The translations under genes and the position numbers were made by a program. From the NCBI GenBank assembly GCA_020633825.1, contig JACKCV010000001.1:74610-138609 (forward strand): 64,000 nt of DNA, read 5' to 3'. The stretch is from Fibrobacteria bacterium. Lineage in GTDB: Bacteria; Fibrobacterota; Fibrobacteria; UBA5070. Positions 37,873 through 47,889 of the stretch are shown piece by piece; position 1 is the first letter of the stretch, and every line of letters starts with the position of its first letter. The notes beneath the pieces are model-generated. The model saw only the letters and a list, made by a program, of their open reading frames with translations, did no database searches and was not told the DNA's origin.

Positions 37873-38583
37873 TCACCAGGAGAGGAGGCGCCGCTCCTGG
37901 TAGAAGCCGCCGGACCGGGGCTCGGGGGAGGTCGCCAGCCACACGGGCGTGTCGGCGCCCTCGGCCACGGATTTGGGCGCGGCCGGCCCGCCCATGTCGG
38001 TGCGCACCCAACCCGGGCAAGCGGCGAAGACCTTCACGCGCGGGGACAGCGCAGCGTGGAGCTGGAGGGTGAGGGCGTTCAGGGCCACCTTGGAGATCCG
38101 GTAGGCCGTGCTGTCCGAACCCAGGTGCGCGAGCTGCGCCATCCCCGACGAGACGTTGACGATGCGACCGTCGTCGGAGGCGCGCAGCAGCGGGGCCAGC
38201 TTCTGGGCCAGGGCCAGGGGTCCCAGGGCGTTGACCTCCAGGGTCGCTCGCACCGCCTCGGGATCCACCTCCAGCACCGACCCCGCGCCCTGCCCGTCGG
38301 GCGCTCCACCGGCCTGGTACACCCCGGCGTTGTTCACCAGGACGTCCAGTCGCCCCTGCTCGGCGCGGATCCGCGCGGCCAGGTCGGAAGGCGGTGCCGT
38401 GACGTCCAGGGCCAGGGGAACCAGTCCACCCTCCCCGAAATCCAGCGCGGCGCGTCGGGCATCCTCCTCGCGGCGTGCGCCCAACAGCACCCGGAATCCC
38501 GATCGGGCCAGCTGGCGGGCGATCTCGAGTCCCAGGCCCCGGTTGGCACCGGTGACCAGGGCGACCTTCGTGGAATCGTTCAT
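37873..38583 (-). CDS. SDR family oxidoreductase
   Basis: ORF 37873..38583. [16 protein letters not shown] cofactor motif, NNAG, and the catalytic S...YRISK. Confidence 0.9.
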   Translation of the reverse strand: MNDSTKVALVTGANRGLGLEIARQLARSGFRVLLGARREEDARRAALDFGEGGLVPLALDVTAPPSDLAARIRAEQGRLDVLVNNAGVYQAGGAPDGQGAGSVLEVDPEAVRATLEVNALGPLALAQKLAPLLRASDDGRIVNVSSGMAQLAHLGSDSTAYRISKVALNALTLQLHAALSPRVKVFAACPGWVRTDMGGPAAPKSVAEGADTPVWLATSPEPRSGGFYQERRLLSW

Positions 38584-38737
38584 CGTGCGGCTCCTCGGTG
38601 GGGTGCGCGGGGCGGGCTGCGGATCGTCACGCCCCGCCGTGTCGGTAGAACAGGCGCCCGAACTCGTTGTCGGCCTGCGCGGAGCATCCCCGAGGGGGAA
38701 AAGTCGAGGTCGCGGCGACCGCGTCCGGGAGCCGATT

Positions 38738-39091
38738 CCGGCCAGTGGACCAGGTACGGGTCGATCCGTTCCAGGCCCAACCGTGCGCGGCTGGCCTCGA
38801 AGGACGTCAAGGTGGACTCGTACCCCCGGTCCTGGTTCCAGACCTTGGTCGTCACGAAGACCTCGTCACGAAGACCTCGTCGCGGAGGATCCCGCTGCGG
38901 AGGATGGCCTCACCGACGTCGGCGTCGTTCCCGTACACGGCGGCGGTGTCGATGTGGCGGTAGCCGCACGCGACGGCCGAGCCCACCGCTTCGCGCTTCG
39001 ATTCCCCGGCACCCGCGCGAGACACGCCCAGTCCGATGCGCGCGATCCGCACCCCGTTGCCCAGTTCGAGCGTCCGGACCGCGGAGATCAT
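38738..39091 (-). pseudogene. Aldo/keto reductase pseudogene (N-terminal third only, frameshifted by a 14-bp tandem duplication)
   Basis: From ATG 39091 the sequence reads MISAVRTLELGNGVRIARIGLGV...[35 protein letters not shown] perfect tandem duplication GTCACGAAGACCTC x2 (38851-38878) then shifts the frame. Reading resumes as [38 protein letters not shown], and AKR similarity stops there. Confidence 0.75.
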
Positions 39092-39400
39092 CGGGCCTCC
39101 CCGGTGCGCCTGGTCGCGCGGGTGAGGCCTCCCTCCTGGAGGAAGGCGTCGAGCACTCGCAGGAGTTCTGGATCCGCCAATGGCCATCGCGGTTCAATCT
39201 ACTCGCGGTCGGAATTTCGCCCTTCGAACGACCCTTCCAGGCGCTCCCGGAACCCTCCAAACGGTTCTCCCCGCGTTTTTTTTACCCCACGCGCGGAAAT
39301 TTTTTCGAAGAGGATGTCGATTTCGAAGGAGTCCATTGGACCAACGGGTGAAGGGACGGTATCCTCCGGCCCGCGACCATCACGAAACAGGAGTCCGACC

Positions 39401-39760
39401 ATGAAATACCTCTGCCTGATCTACGGTGTCGAAGCCAATTTGGCCACCTGCTCCAATGAGGAGATGGGGAAGATGATCCTGGACTACGAGGCGTTCGCGC
39501 GCGGGATCGTGCAGACCGGACAGTACGTCGCCGGGGAGGCGCTGCAACCCACCTCCACCGCCACCACGGTCCGCGTCCGCGATGGCAAGACGACGGTCAC
39601 CGACGGTCCCTTCGCCGAGACGAAGGAACAGCTCGGTGGGTTCTACATGGTCGAGGCCGCGGACCTCAACGACGCCATCCAGATCGCCTCCCGCATCCCC
39701 GGAGCCCGGTTCGGTTCCGTCGAGGTACGCCCGGTGATGGACATCCATTCCCCCGCGTGA
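39401..39760 (+). CDS. YCII-related (DGPF) domain protein
   Basis: ATG 39401 follows AGGAG. MKYLCLIYG...VTDGPFAETKEQLGGFYMVEAADLNDAIQIASRIP is the YCII/DGPF signature. Confidence 0.85.
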   Translation: MKYLCLIYGVEANLATCSNEEMGKMILDYEAFARGIVQTGQYVAGEALQPTSTATTVRVRDGKTTVTDGPFAETKEQLGGFYMVEAADLNDAIQIASRIPGARFGSVEVRPVMDIHSPA

Positions 39761-41007
39761 TGTCCGCGGACGGAAACCACGTCGCGAGGGAGGTCGAGCG
39801 CATCCACCGGGAGGATTCCCGTAGGATCCTCGCCACCCTCGTGCGCCTTCTGGGGGACTGGGATCTCGCCGAGGAGGCCCTCCAGGAGGCGTTCGCCGAG
39901 GCGCTCTCCTGCTGGCCCCGGGACGGGATCCCCACCCATCCGCGGTCCTGGCTGGTCTCGGCGGGCCGGTTCCGAATGATCGACAAGATCCGTCGCGACG
40001 GACGCTTCGAGCGGCTTCCCGAAGGATTCGAGGACCTCCTCGCCGCACCGGCGGACGACCCGGCCCCCGAAGGCGCCGACCTCCCCGACGACCGCCTCCG
40101 GATGGTCTTCACGTGCTGCCACCCGGCCCTGTCCCCGGAGGCGCGCATCGCTCTCACCCTCCGGGAGGTGTGCGGGCTGGCCACCGAGGAGATCGCCGCG
40201 GCGTTCCTCGTGTCCCCCGCCACGGTCGCCCAGCGCATCGTGCGCGCCAAGGCGAAGATCCGCGATGCCCGCATCCCGTTCCAGGTTCCGGAGGGTGCCG
40301 ATCTGCGCGAGCGCCTCGACGCCGTGCTCCTGGTGGTCTACCTGGTGTTCAACGAGGGCTACCACGCCAGCCGCGGGGCCGAACTCCTGCGCACCGACCT
40401 GGTTGCGGAGGCCCTGCGACTGGGCGAATTGCTGGTCGAGCTCCTGCCTCGTGGGGAGGTCAAGTCCCTTCTGGCCCTCATGCTTTTCCACGATTCGCGG
40501 CGGCGGGCCCGTGTCGACGACGCGGGGGACCTCGTCCTGCTCGACGAACAGGACCGCGCACTGTGGGATCCCGAATCCGTGCAACGGGGACAGGAATTGG
40601 TCGACTCGGCATTCGCCTCGGGGGAAGTGGGTCCGTATTCCCTCCAGGCCGCCATCGCCTGCCTGCACGCGACGGCTCCTTCCTCCGAAGCGACCGACTG
40701 GCCCCAGATCGCCGGACTCTACCAGGTGCTGCGCCGCACGAGCCCCTCGCCGGTGGTCGACCTGAACGCGGCCGTCGCCGAAGGCATGGCCTGGGGGCCC
40801 TCCCGCGGCCTGGCGCGGATCGAATCGCTCCTGGGCGAGGGCGCCCTCGCGGACTACGCCCTGGCTCATTCGGCCAGGGCCTCCTTCCTGGAAAGACTCG
40901 GACGGATCGAGGAGGCCCGAGCCGCCTGGACCGCCGCCCTGGACAGCGTGGGGGAGGCGGGAGCCCAGCGGCGGTTCCTCGAACGTCGGATCGCACGCCT
41001 GGGTTGA
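39757..41007 (+). CDS. ECF-type RNA polymerase sigma-70 factor with long C-terminal (DUF6596-like/TPR-like) extension
   Basis: ORF 39757..41007, where GTG 39757 or ATG 39760 overlaps the YCII stop. Region 2 is RSWLVSAGRFRMIDKIRR. Region 4 HTH is LTLREVCGLATEEIAAAFLVSPATVAQRIVRAKAKI. Confidence 0.85.
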   Translation: MMSADGNHVAREVERIHREDSRRILATLVRLLGDWDLAEEALQEAFAEALSCWPRDGIPTHPRSWLVSAGRFRMIDKIRRDGRFERLPEGFEDLLAAPADDPAPEGADLPDDRLRMVFTCCHPALSPEARIALTLREVCGLATEEIAAAFLVSPATVAQRIVRAKAKIRDARIPFQVPEGADLRERLDAVLLVVYLVFNEGYHASRGAELLRTDLVAEALRLGELLVELLPRGEVKSLLALMLFHDSRRRARVDDAGDLVLLDEQDRALWDPESVQRGQELVDSAFASGEVGPYSLQAAIACLHATAPSSEATDWPQIAGLYQVLRRTSPSPVVDLNAAVAEGMAWGPSRGLARIESLLGEGALADYALAHSARASFLERLGRIEEARAAWTAALDSVGEAGAQRRFLERRIARLG

Positions 41008-41105
41008 GACGACGCGCTCAAGACCTGCGGAGGCCTCTTCCCCCTCTCCCCTTCCGATCCGATCGGGAAGAGGGATCTCGAGGGTGAGAGGGGGCATCGG
41101 GAGGA

Positions 41106-42074
41106 TCAGAGGGGCTTCACGGGTTCCCAGAGCTCGACGCGGTGCAGACCTTCGGGGTCTTGGGCCGGATCGTTCAGGTGAGCCTCGAAGCAGGGGCGGT
41201 CGTCGGGCTGCCAGCCGCTGGAGGGAAACCAGCCGCGCAGGAGTGCGTCCCAAGCCGCGCCATACTGGCTGGGCTGGATCGCGCAGGTGGCCACGGCGTA
41301 TTTGCCGGCGGGAAGGTCCAGAATCCCGATTTCCCCTTCCGCCGTCGTTCCCTTGGGCACCGTGATGCCCACGCTGATGCGGAGCTTCTCCGCCGGAGTC
41401 ACGTCGGGATCGTCGTGGTAGATGGTCAGCGCTTGGGCCTGGGGCCCCAGGTGGCCGCGGGGGCCAGCCCAGGCGAAAATCCGGCCGAAGAGGCGTTCGA
41501 ACAACGCCCCATCCCCGGCGTAGGGGCCGATGTGGCGGATGTAGGCGAAGGACTTGGTCGGGGCGTCGCGCACCTCGACCTGGATTTGAACGTCGTCGGG
41601 ATTCATGGGAAACCTCCTGTTGAAGTGGGTTTCCTGAAGATCGGGAAATTCCCGCGGAACTTCTCGACCCTGCTTGCGATCCTCTTTGCTCTGCTTGCGA
41701 TTCGTCGGGGTGGTCCGATGATCCGCACGGAATCGGGTCGCGGAAAGCCCGAACTGCCGGCGGAAGGCGCGGGCGAACACGCTGGAATCGGGAATGCCGA
41801 CCCTCTCGGCGATGCGGGAGACGGGGGATGCGGATTCCTGGAGGAGGAGCCGGGCGGCCTTCTCCAAGCGCAGACGAGTGACGAAGGCCATCAAGGACTC
41901 GCCCACGATGGCCCCGAACACGCGATGGAAATGGAACGCGGAGAAGCACCCGATCTCGGCCAGCCCATCGACGGACAGATCCTGGTCGAGATGGGCTTCG
42001 ATGTGGTCGATCACGCGGTGGATCCGGGCGAAATATTCCGCGCGAGCCATTTCGGGGGCGATGTCGGGTCTCAA
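41106..42074 (-). CDS. AraC family transcriptional regulator with GyrI-like effector-binding domain
   Basis: ORF 41106..42074. AraC HTH (SAFHFHRVFGAIVGESLMAFVTRLRLEKAARLL...IAERVGIPDSSVFARAFRRQFGLSATRFR) followed by a GyrI-like domain (FAYIRHIGPY...LRISVGITVP...YAVATC). Confidence 0.85.
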   Translation of the reverse strand: MRPDIAPEMARAEYFARIHRVIDHIEAHLDQDLSVDGLAEIGCFSAFHFHRVFGAIVGESLMAFVTRLRLEKAARLLLQESASPVSRIAERVGIPDSSVFARAFRRQFGLSATRFRADHRTTPTNRKQSKEDRKQGREVPREFPDLQETHFNRRFPMNPDDVQIQVEVRDAPTKSFAYIRHIGPYAGDGALFERLFGRIFAWAGPRGHLGPQAQALTIYHDDPDVTPAEKLRISVGITVPKGTTAEGEIGILDLPAGKYAVATCAIQPSQYGAAWDALLRGWFPSSGWQPDDRPCFEAHLNDPAQDPEGLHRVELWEPVKPL

Positions 42075-42786
42075 GGCACGAATCCTCGCAAGTGGGTGGG
42101 TGGAAGAAAGGGGCGCGTCGATCCTTCCATCTTGTCCCGCCCCCCGCCCGAGGGAAGGGTCAGGTGCACAGGGACGGAAAGGTATGCGGGTGTTTCAGGA
42201 CCGAAGGCGACCCACGATGCAATCTGCACAATCGAATGTCCATTCGCAGACGAGGGGAAGGGAGTGAGCGCGGCTCGATTCATGGACCTCGAGGATGGGT
42301 TCCTGCCGGAATCGCCGCTGGGTGGGAACGGGGTCCTTCCCCAGTCGCGTGGAATCGGAATGCCCGCCACCGGCGAGGTCTGGTTTCCTCCACTCGGAAC
42401 GATCCGGGCCAATCAACGTCGGAAATGGGGACTCATCCAGGGGGGGCGCGGCGGGTGAACCAGGACTTCAGGGAAGGCTCGGGCTTCCCACCGAGGGGCC
42501 CGCGCAGCCCGGCTGGCGACACTCCTCCGGCCGTGGCCGGAAGCCTGTATCTTTCGCCGATGCCTCCCCTCGATCGACGGAAGCTTTTCGCCGCCGACGC
42601 ACGTGTCGCCTGGCGCTTGTTCCGGGACGGCCTCCGGCCACCTCGTCCACGCCTGGACTTCCGCATGGACGCGCAGCTCGTTTCGCGCGACCACCTTCCC
42701 GGATCCTGCCTGGTGCGCCCGATGATCCCGGTCCGCTCCCTCCCTGGCAGCGGACGGAATCCACCCACCTTCCAACGGAAGCTTCC

Positions 42787-43443
42787 ATGCAGACACCGAT
42801 TCTGGCCCTGATGGTTTCGCTCTGGGCGTCCTCGATCGGGGCCGCCCCTTCCGGCGGCGCGTTCCGGAAATTGTCCAAGGTCGAGGGGGACTACCCCGAG
42901 TTCGTCCGGGAGATCGAAGGCATCCTGCCCGGAGCGGATTCCGTCCTGGCCGGGATCGACGGGTCCTACAAGGAGGTCATGACCTCCAGGTTCCTGCGGT
43001 TCTCGGAATCGTTTCCGGTGAACCTCGACGAGGACTCCGAGCCGGAAACGGTCTCCCAGGTGGCGTTCATGGACACGGCTTCGATGGGTGCGGCTGGTGC
43101 CGATGGGGCGATCCTGTACCTGGTCTTCGTCCAGGACGACCGGCGCCACCACGGCGCGTTGGTCCACTTCCGGAAATTCGAGCTGCTGCAGTGCGACTAT
43201 CTGGGGATCCGCGAGAACGCGATGACCTTCGGTTTTCCTCCCGTCTCCGACCTCGGTGGGGAGGGTGCCTTCAAGTACATCCGGTTCCGCGTGCAGGAGG
43301 TGACCAGTTGCGGTCTGCGGATGGAGAGCTCCGAGCGCGAGGATCTGTTCTACCGGGATGCCGTGAACAGGACCTGGGTGGAGCGCCCCGCTTCCTCGAC
43401 CCGGGAGGGGGTCTCCATCGACCGGATGGAACTGGCCGAGTAG
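42787..43443 (+). CDS. Secreted protein (hypothetical)
   Basis: ATG 42787 in ORF 42295..43443. Signal peptide MQTPILALMVSLWASSIGAAPS. Confidence 0.55.
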   Translation: MQTPILALMVSLWASSIGAAPSGGAFRKLSKVEGDYPEFVREIEGILPGADSVLAGIDGSYKEVMTSRFLRFSESFPVNLDEDSEPETVSQVAFMDTASMGAAGADGAILYLVFVQDDRRHHGALVHFRKFELLQCDYLGIRENAMTFGFPPVSDLGGEGAFKYIRFRVQEVTSCGLRMESSEREDLFYRDAVNRTWVERPASSTREGVSIDRMELAE

Positions 43444-43450
43444 AGGCGCG

Positions 43451-46400
43451 TCAGAAATCGATCCGGCGGGGGACCGAGGTGGTGTCCCGCTTGCCGTCGC
43501 CGAACATGGCGCTTCCCAGGCCCCAGAGGGTGCCGTCCTTCTTCTTGTAGAAGCTGGCGTCGAATCCGCACCAGATGTCCGACACGTCGCCGTCGAGCTG
43601 GACGGGAACGAGGGTGATCGGGCCGAGAGGTTGGGAGGTTCCGGTCATCTCGGTCTCGATCAATCCCGAGAGGAACAACGTTCCTTCGCCGTCGAGGAAC
43701 AGGCTGTGGAAGCCGCCGGTGGCGATGGAATGGATGTCCTTCAGGCCCTTGGTGGGGGAGAACACGGCTCCCGTGGTGGTGGAGGTGCCGTTGCCGACCT
43801 GGCCCTTGTTGTTGCTTCCCATCCCCATCACGGTTCCGTCTTCCAGGAGGATCATCGCCACGCTCGAAAGCGCGATCGCCTTGACGCCGGAGGCCAGCTT
43901 CTCCGGAACCCTCGCGTCGTAGCCCCAGCCCCAGGCGGTCCCCGCGGAGTCCAACGCCATGGTGCGCGGGACGGGGAGCTCCGCCGAACTGTAGGGGAAG
44001 CTCGCCCGGATCGATGCGATGGAGGACAGTCCGGGAATCCGGATCGGCGTCCCGTCGAGGGGAGGATCGGTGTCCCCCAGATCGGCGAGCACGTCCCCGA
44101 CTCCCCAGACGGTCCCGTCCTTGCGCCGGAAGTAGGTCTCGCCGTTCCCGGCGGCGACTTCCTCGATCTCCTTGAGGACCACCGCCGACAGCGGCGCAGG
44201 GCTGGCCGTCACCAACGGGCCGGCTCCGATTTCACCGGTGTAGTTGAGTCCCGCGCCGTACCAGGTACCGGTCGACATGCGGAAGAACGAGCGTTGCACC
44301 CCGGCGTTGGTGTACACGGAGATGTCGGTCACTTTTCCGGTGAGGGGCACCTTGAGGGCCGTGAGGATGTTGTCGGAACCTGTCGAGCTGAACCCGAAGT
44401 TCCCCATCTTGTTCGAACCCGCCCCCCAGACGGAGCCGTCGTCCATCAGGAACAGGGTGTAGGCGTTGCCCAGGTAGTTGTCGCCACCGCTGGCGACCTT
44501 CACGACCTGGGACACCGTGTAGTCCGCCGAGGCGATCGCGTCGCCCGGCATGGACTTGGCGTAGACGGTCCCGGTGGCGGTGAGGGCCAGCGGTCCCTCC
44601 AGACGCTTCCAGGAGGCCCCGTCGGTGGAGTACAGGACGGAATCCGCACCCACGGCCGTGATGGTGTCGTAGACCGTGCCGATGTACCGGCCGGGGGCCG
44701 CCGAATGCTTGGGAGGGTAGGCGGCACGCGCCACGATGGCCGTGTCGAGGGTCTTGTTGCCCGCGCTGTCCTGGGCCTGCAGCACGAACCGGTTGGTGCC
44801 CAGGGTGAGCGGGACGATGGCGGAAAACACGGAGTCGGTTCCGGGGATCTCCTTCCCGTTCAAGGTCACGGAGGCCAGTTTCAGGTCTTCCCGCACGATC
44901 CACACCAGGGTGTCCCGGCCGACGCCGTTGGCCACCAGACGGAATTTGGCTTTCTGGAGGATCGCCACCGGCGCGTCGCGATCGTACTTGCGCACCACCC
45001 GGATCGAATCCTCCACCGTGTTGCCCGAGGAATCCAGGGCCATCAGGCGGATCCAGGTGGTGTCGGATCCCAGGACCACCTTCCGGGAATGGAGATCCCC
45101 CGATTTCACCGTGGCCGCCCCGTCGATGGTCACGAGCTTCAAGGAGTTGTCGGTGACCTTCCAGGTCGCGGTGAGGCTGGGAACGAACGCCCAGAGGGTG
45201 GTGTCCTTGGTGCCTCCCATCCAGGTCGCCACGGGTGCCGTCGGATCGGCCGGGCGGTTGATCCGCACGGTGTCGCGGCTGGTGTTGCCACGGGCGTCCT
45301 TGGCTTCGAGGACGATCCGGTTGAGCCCGGTTGCCAAAGGTTGGACGATCGAGTACACCCCCTGGACACCGGTCAGGACCGTTCCGTCCACCGAGACGGA
45401 AGCCAGCGAGGAGTCGTCGGTCACCACGTAGGAGAGGACGATCGACTTCGTGGCGAATCCCACGGCCGTGTCCCCGGCCTCGGGGGACGTGCGTTCGATC
45501 CTCGGAGGAACGGTGTCGCCCGGGGACTTCTCCCGCGTGATGGTGACGGAAACCGGCTCGGAGACGTTTCCGGCCTCGTCCCAGGCCTTGGCTTCCACCA
45601 CATTGGCGCCCACGGCCAGGAGCACGACGACCTTGAAGGGCTCGGCTCCCGATTTGACCCCGTTGATCGCCACGCTGTCGATGCCTCCGAGATCGGTTGC
45701 GGTCGCGGAGACCTCGATCCGATCCACCGAGTTGGGTACCGAGGTGTCGTGCTGGGGCGAGATCAGCGACACCCGGGGTGCGGTGGTATCGGCCTCGCGG
45801 ACGATGACTACCAGGGATCGCGTTTCGCGGCCGCGGCGGTCCTTGGCCACCAGTTGGAAGCTGTCGCGTCCCACATCCAGGGAGACGGAGGCGACGAACA
45901 GGCCGTCGTCGCCGGCGAGATCCGATCCGTCGAGGGTGACCGAGGCGAGCGCGGAGTCGTCCGTGACCGTCCACGACAGGTCGTAGCGGCGTGTGGACCA
46001 CGGGACCGTGGTGTCGCGGGTGGTCTCCGAGGGGGTGACCACCGGGGCGGCGGAATCGAGGGCGAAGGTCCCGGTGGAGGTGGTGTCCCGGGCGAGCACC
46101 TCGAACACGGCCCGGGCCGAAGCGGAGTGCCCGGAATCGTCGGCGAGGACGACGACGAGGGTGTCGGTTCCGGGGATGGCGTCCGCGGGCGCCTGCAGGG
46201 TCGCGTTTCCGGAAAGTGTCCAGAGGGTGTCGGTGGATCGGATGGGATCGCGGACGAGGAACTGGAAGTCCGGAGCCAGGCCTTCCCGGGTCATCACCCG
46301 GAACTGGCTGGAGACCTTGCGGCCCTTGGCCCAGCCGAAGGTTCCCAGCAGCGGGACCGGGTCGCCTCCGGCGACGAGCGGCGTCTCGACCAGGAGCGGG

Positions 46401-47119
46401 GCGAGAAGCCGCACGGGGTAGGCCGGGGTCAGGAACGCGCTGTCGGAGGGGCTCAGGTCGCCGTTCTGGAACAGGGAGGCCGTGATCGTCTCGAGGGTCT
46501 CCTTGTCGAGTCCCGTGATGGAGACCACCTCGTCGAGGCTGGAACCCGAGCGGGCGGCGAGCACCAGGACCTTGATCACCACCGCCGCGGAATCGACCCC
46601 CTCGGGAAGCATCGACATCCGGAGCTTGCGGGAGTAGAGCAGGGCCGCCACCGCTCTCTGGAGGGAGATGACCTGGCTCTCCACGGGATCGGTGTTGTAC
46701 CCGAAGGTGGCATGGTCGAGATGGCGCAGGCTGTCGAACGACTGCAGGAGTCGGACAGCACCGCTGTCCACCTGCCGCAGGGACTGGATGGGCGTGAAGC
46801 CGCCGTTGGAAAGCACGATGGAGGGCACCAGCGTGGTGCGCAGTCCGAGGGTCCAGAGACCGACGACCAGGGTGTCGGAGACGATCGATTGGGGGAAGGG
46901 CGCCCGAACCTCGAACGACTGCCTGCTGGTGGCCGTGAAGGCGAAGGCGCCCGATTCTCCCCGGTACGTCCAGGTGACGGAATCCGGCATGCGCGAGGAA
47001 TCGATGCTGGAGGTCTGCATGACCACGAAGGGACCGGTGGAATCCTGCGGTTTCGTGGCGACGTCCTGCTGGCAGGAAACCAAGGTGCCGGCAACGAGGA
47101 CGAGCAGGATCGGCATCAT
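43451..47119 (-). CDS. Giant surface lipoprotein: multiple Ig-like repeats, a chitobiase/FN3-associated-like module and a C-terminal RCC1-type beta-propeller
   Basis: ATG 47119 (MMPILLVLVAGTLVSCQQD, lipobox) in ORF 43451..47266. Repeated modules include VTDDSALASVTLDGSDL, VTDDSSLASVSVDGTVL, VTDNSLKLVTIDGAATV and LKLASVTLNGKEI. RCC1-like blades include DDGSVWGAGSNKMGNFG, DGTVWGVGD, EDGTVMGMGSNNKGQVGNG, GGFHSLFLDGEG and KDGTLWGLGSAMFGDG. Confidence 0.8.
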   Translation of the reverse strand: MMPILLVLVAGTLVSCQQDVATKPQDSTGPFVVMQTSSIDSSRMPDSVTWTYRGESGAFAFTATSRQSFEVRAPFPQSIVSDTLVVGLWTLGLRTTLVPSIVLSNGGFTPIQSLRQVDSGAVRLLQSFDSLRHLDHATFGYNTDPVESQVISLQRAVAALLYSRKLRMSMLPEGVDSAAVVIKVLVLAARSGSSLDEVVSITGLDKETLETITASLFQNGDLSPSDSAFLTPAYPVRLLAPLLVETPLVAGGDPVPLLGTFGWAKGRKVSSQFRVMTREGLAPDFQFLVRDPIRSTDTLWTLSGNATLQAPADAIPGTDTLVVVLADDSGHSASARAVFEVLARDTTSTGTFALDSAAPVVTPSETTRDTTVPWSTRRYDLSWTVTDDSALASVTLDGSDLAGDDGLFVASVSLDVGRDSFQLVAKDRRGRETRSLVVIVREADTTAPRVSLISPQHDTSVPNSVDRIEVSATATDLGGIDSVAINGVKSGAEPFKVVVLLAVGANVVEAKAWDEAGNVSEPVSVTITREKSPGDTVPPRIERTSPEAGDTAVGFATKSIVLSYVVTDDSSLASVSVDGTVLTGVQGVYSIVQPLATGLNRIVLEAKDARGNTSRDTVRINRPADPTAPVATWMGGTKDTTLWAFVPSLTATWKVTDNSLKLVTIDGAATVKSGDLHSRKVVLGSDTTWIRLMALDSSGNTVEDSIRVVRKYDRDAPVAILQKAKFRLVANGVGRDTLVWIVREDLKLASVTLNGKEIPGTDSVFSAIVPLTLGTNRFVLQAQDSAGNKTLDTAIVARAAYPPKHSAAPGRYIGTVYDTITAVGADSVLYSTDGASWKRLEGPLALTATGTVYAKSMPGDAIASADYTVSQVVKVASGGDNYLGNAYTLFLMDDGSVWGAGSNKMGNFGFSSTGSDNILTALKVPLTGKVTDISVYTNAGVQRSFFRMSTGTWYGAGLNYTGEIGAGPLVTASPAPLSAVVLKEIEEVAAGNGETYFRRKDGTVWGVGDVLADLGDTDPPLDGTPIRIPGLSSIASIRASFPYSSAELPVPRTMALDSAGTAWGWGYDARVPEKLASGVKAIALSSVAMILLEDGTVMGMGSNNKGQVGNGTSTTTGAVFSPTKGLKDIHSIATGGFHSLFLDGEGTLFLSGLIETEMTGTSQPLGPITLVPVQLDGDVSDIWCGFDASFYKKKDGTLWGLGSAMFGDGKRDTTSVPRRIDF

Positions 47120-47388
47120 CGGTGTACGGCGGAAACTGGAGATCAACAGGTACCTCGAAGGCGCGGTGGTTGGACGATCACGCTCCCCTGCGAATGTAGG
47201 TCGAGATCCCGGGCCGATGGACCGTGCCGGGGAAATCCCGTGGAGGTGGGGGAGATGGTGGACCATCCCCTCCGCCTACCGCTTCGCGCGACGATCCAAT
47301 GGGGCATTTCGCCTCTCGCCTTCGCCGAGGGACCTGCGCCGCCGCGGAGGAGTCCGCGTCGGGCGAAACCCCGACGGGGGGTGGGGGA

Positions 47389-47889
47389 TCAATTGAAATC
47401 CGACCAGCGGACGATCTTGTACAGCGTGGAGCCATCGGGGCCGGTTTCGGCCCTCAGGCGGAATTCCGCCCGCGAACTGGCCACCACCCAGGGGTCCCCT
47501 TGGTAGACCATCTCCATGCGGATGTCCCAGGCGGTCCAGGTCGTCTCGCGCGGTGCGGCCTCGGCTCTCCCGGTGGGGTCGAACTGGATCCTCATGCGCA
47601 CCTCGCCGATGGCGGCGAACATCTTGCGGGCGCGTTCCTTCTCCTGGTCCTTCCCCCAACTGGCGTCGGATCCGGACGTCAGGGAGGCGGCGTCGGCGAT
47701 GAAGAGGTAGTCCGGGGCCAGGAGCGCGTCGAGGGCCGCGACGGAGCGCGCCTCGTAGGCGTCGACCAGCAAGGAGAACAGATGGTCGGGGGAATCCGGA
47801 CGCATGGGAAGCGACACGGGGTCCACCTGGTCGGCCGTGAACAGGCATCCTCCCAGGAGCAGGAGGGGGGCCATCAGAGTCCGCCGCAT
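47389..47889 (-). CDS. Lipoprotein, NTF2/SnoaL-like fold (hypothetical)
   Basis: ATG 47889 (MRRTLMAPLLLLGGCLFT) in ORF 47389..48462. LFSLLVDAYEARSVAALDALLAPDYLF resembles NTF2-like domains. Confidence 0.6.
   Translation of the reverse strand: MRRTLMAPLLLLGGCLFTADQVDPVSLPMRPDSPDHLFSLLVDAYEARSVAALDALLAPDYLFIADAASLTSGSDASWGKDQEKERARKMFAAIGEVRMRIQFDPTGRAEAAPRETTWTAWDIRMEMVYQGDPWVVASSRAEFRLRAETGPDGSTLYKIVRWSDFN

Noticed and set aside
39190-39400. An ECF-type autoregulatory promoter (GGAAC ... CGTT) upstream of the YCII/sigma pair.
   Set aside because: A GGAAC and a CGTT are present, but by my count they are about 20 nt apart, longer than the usual 16-17 nt. I cannot support the call.
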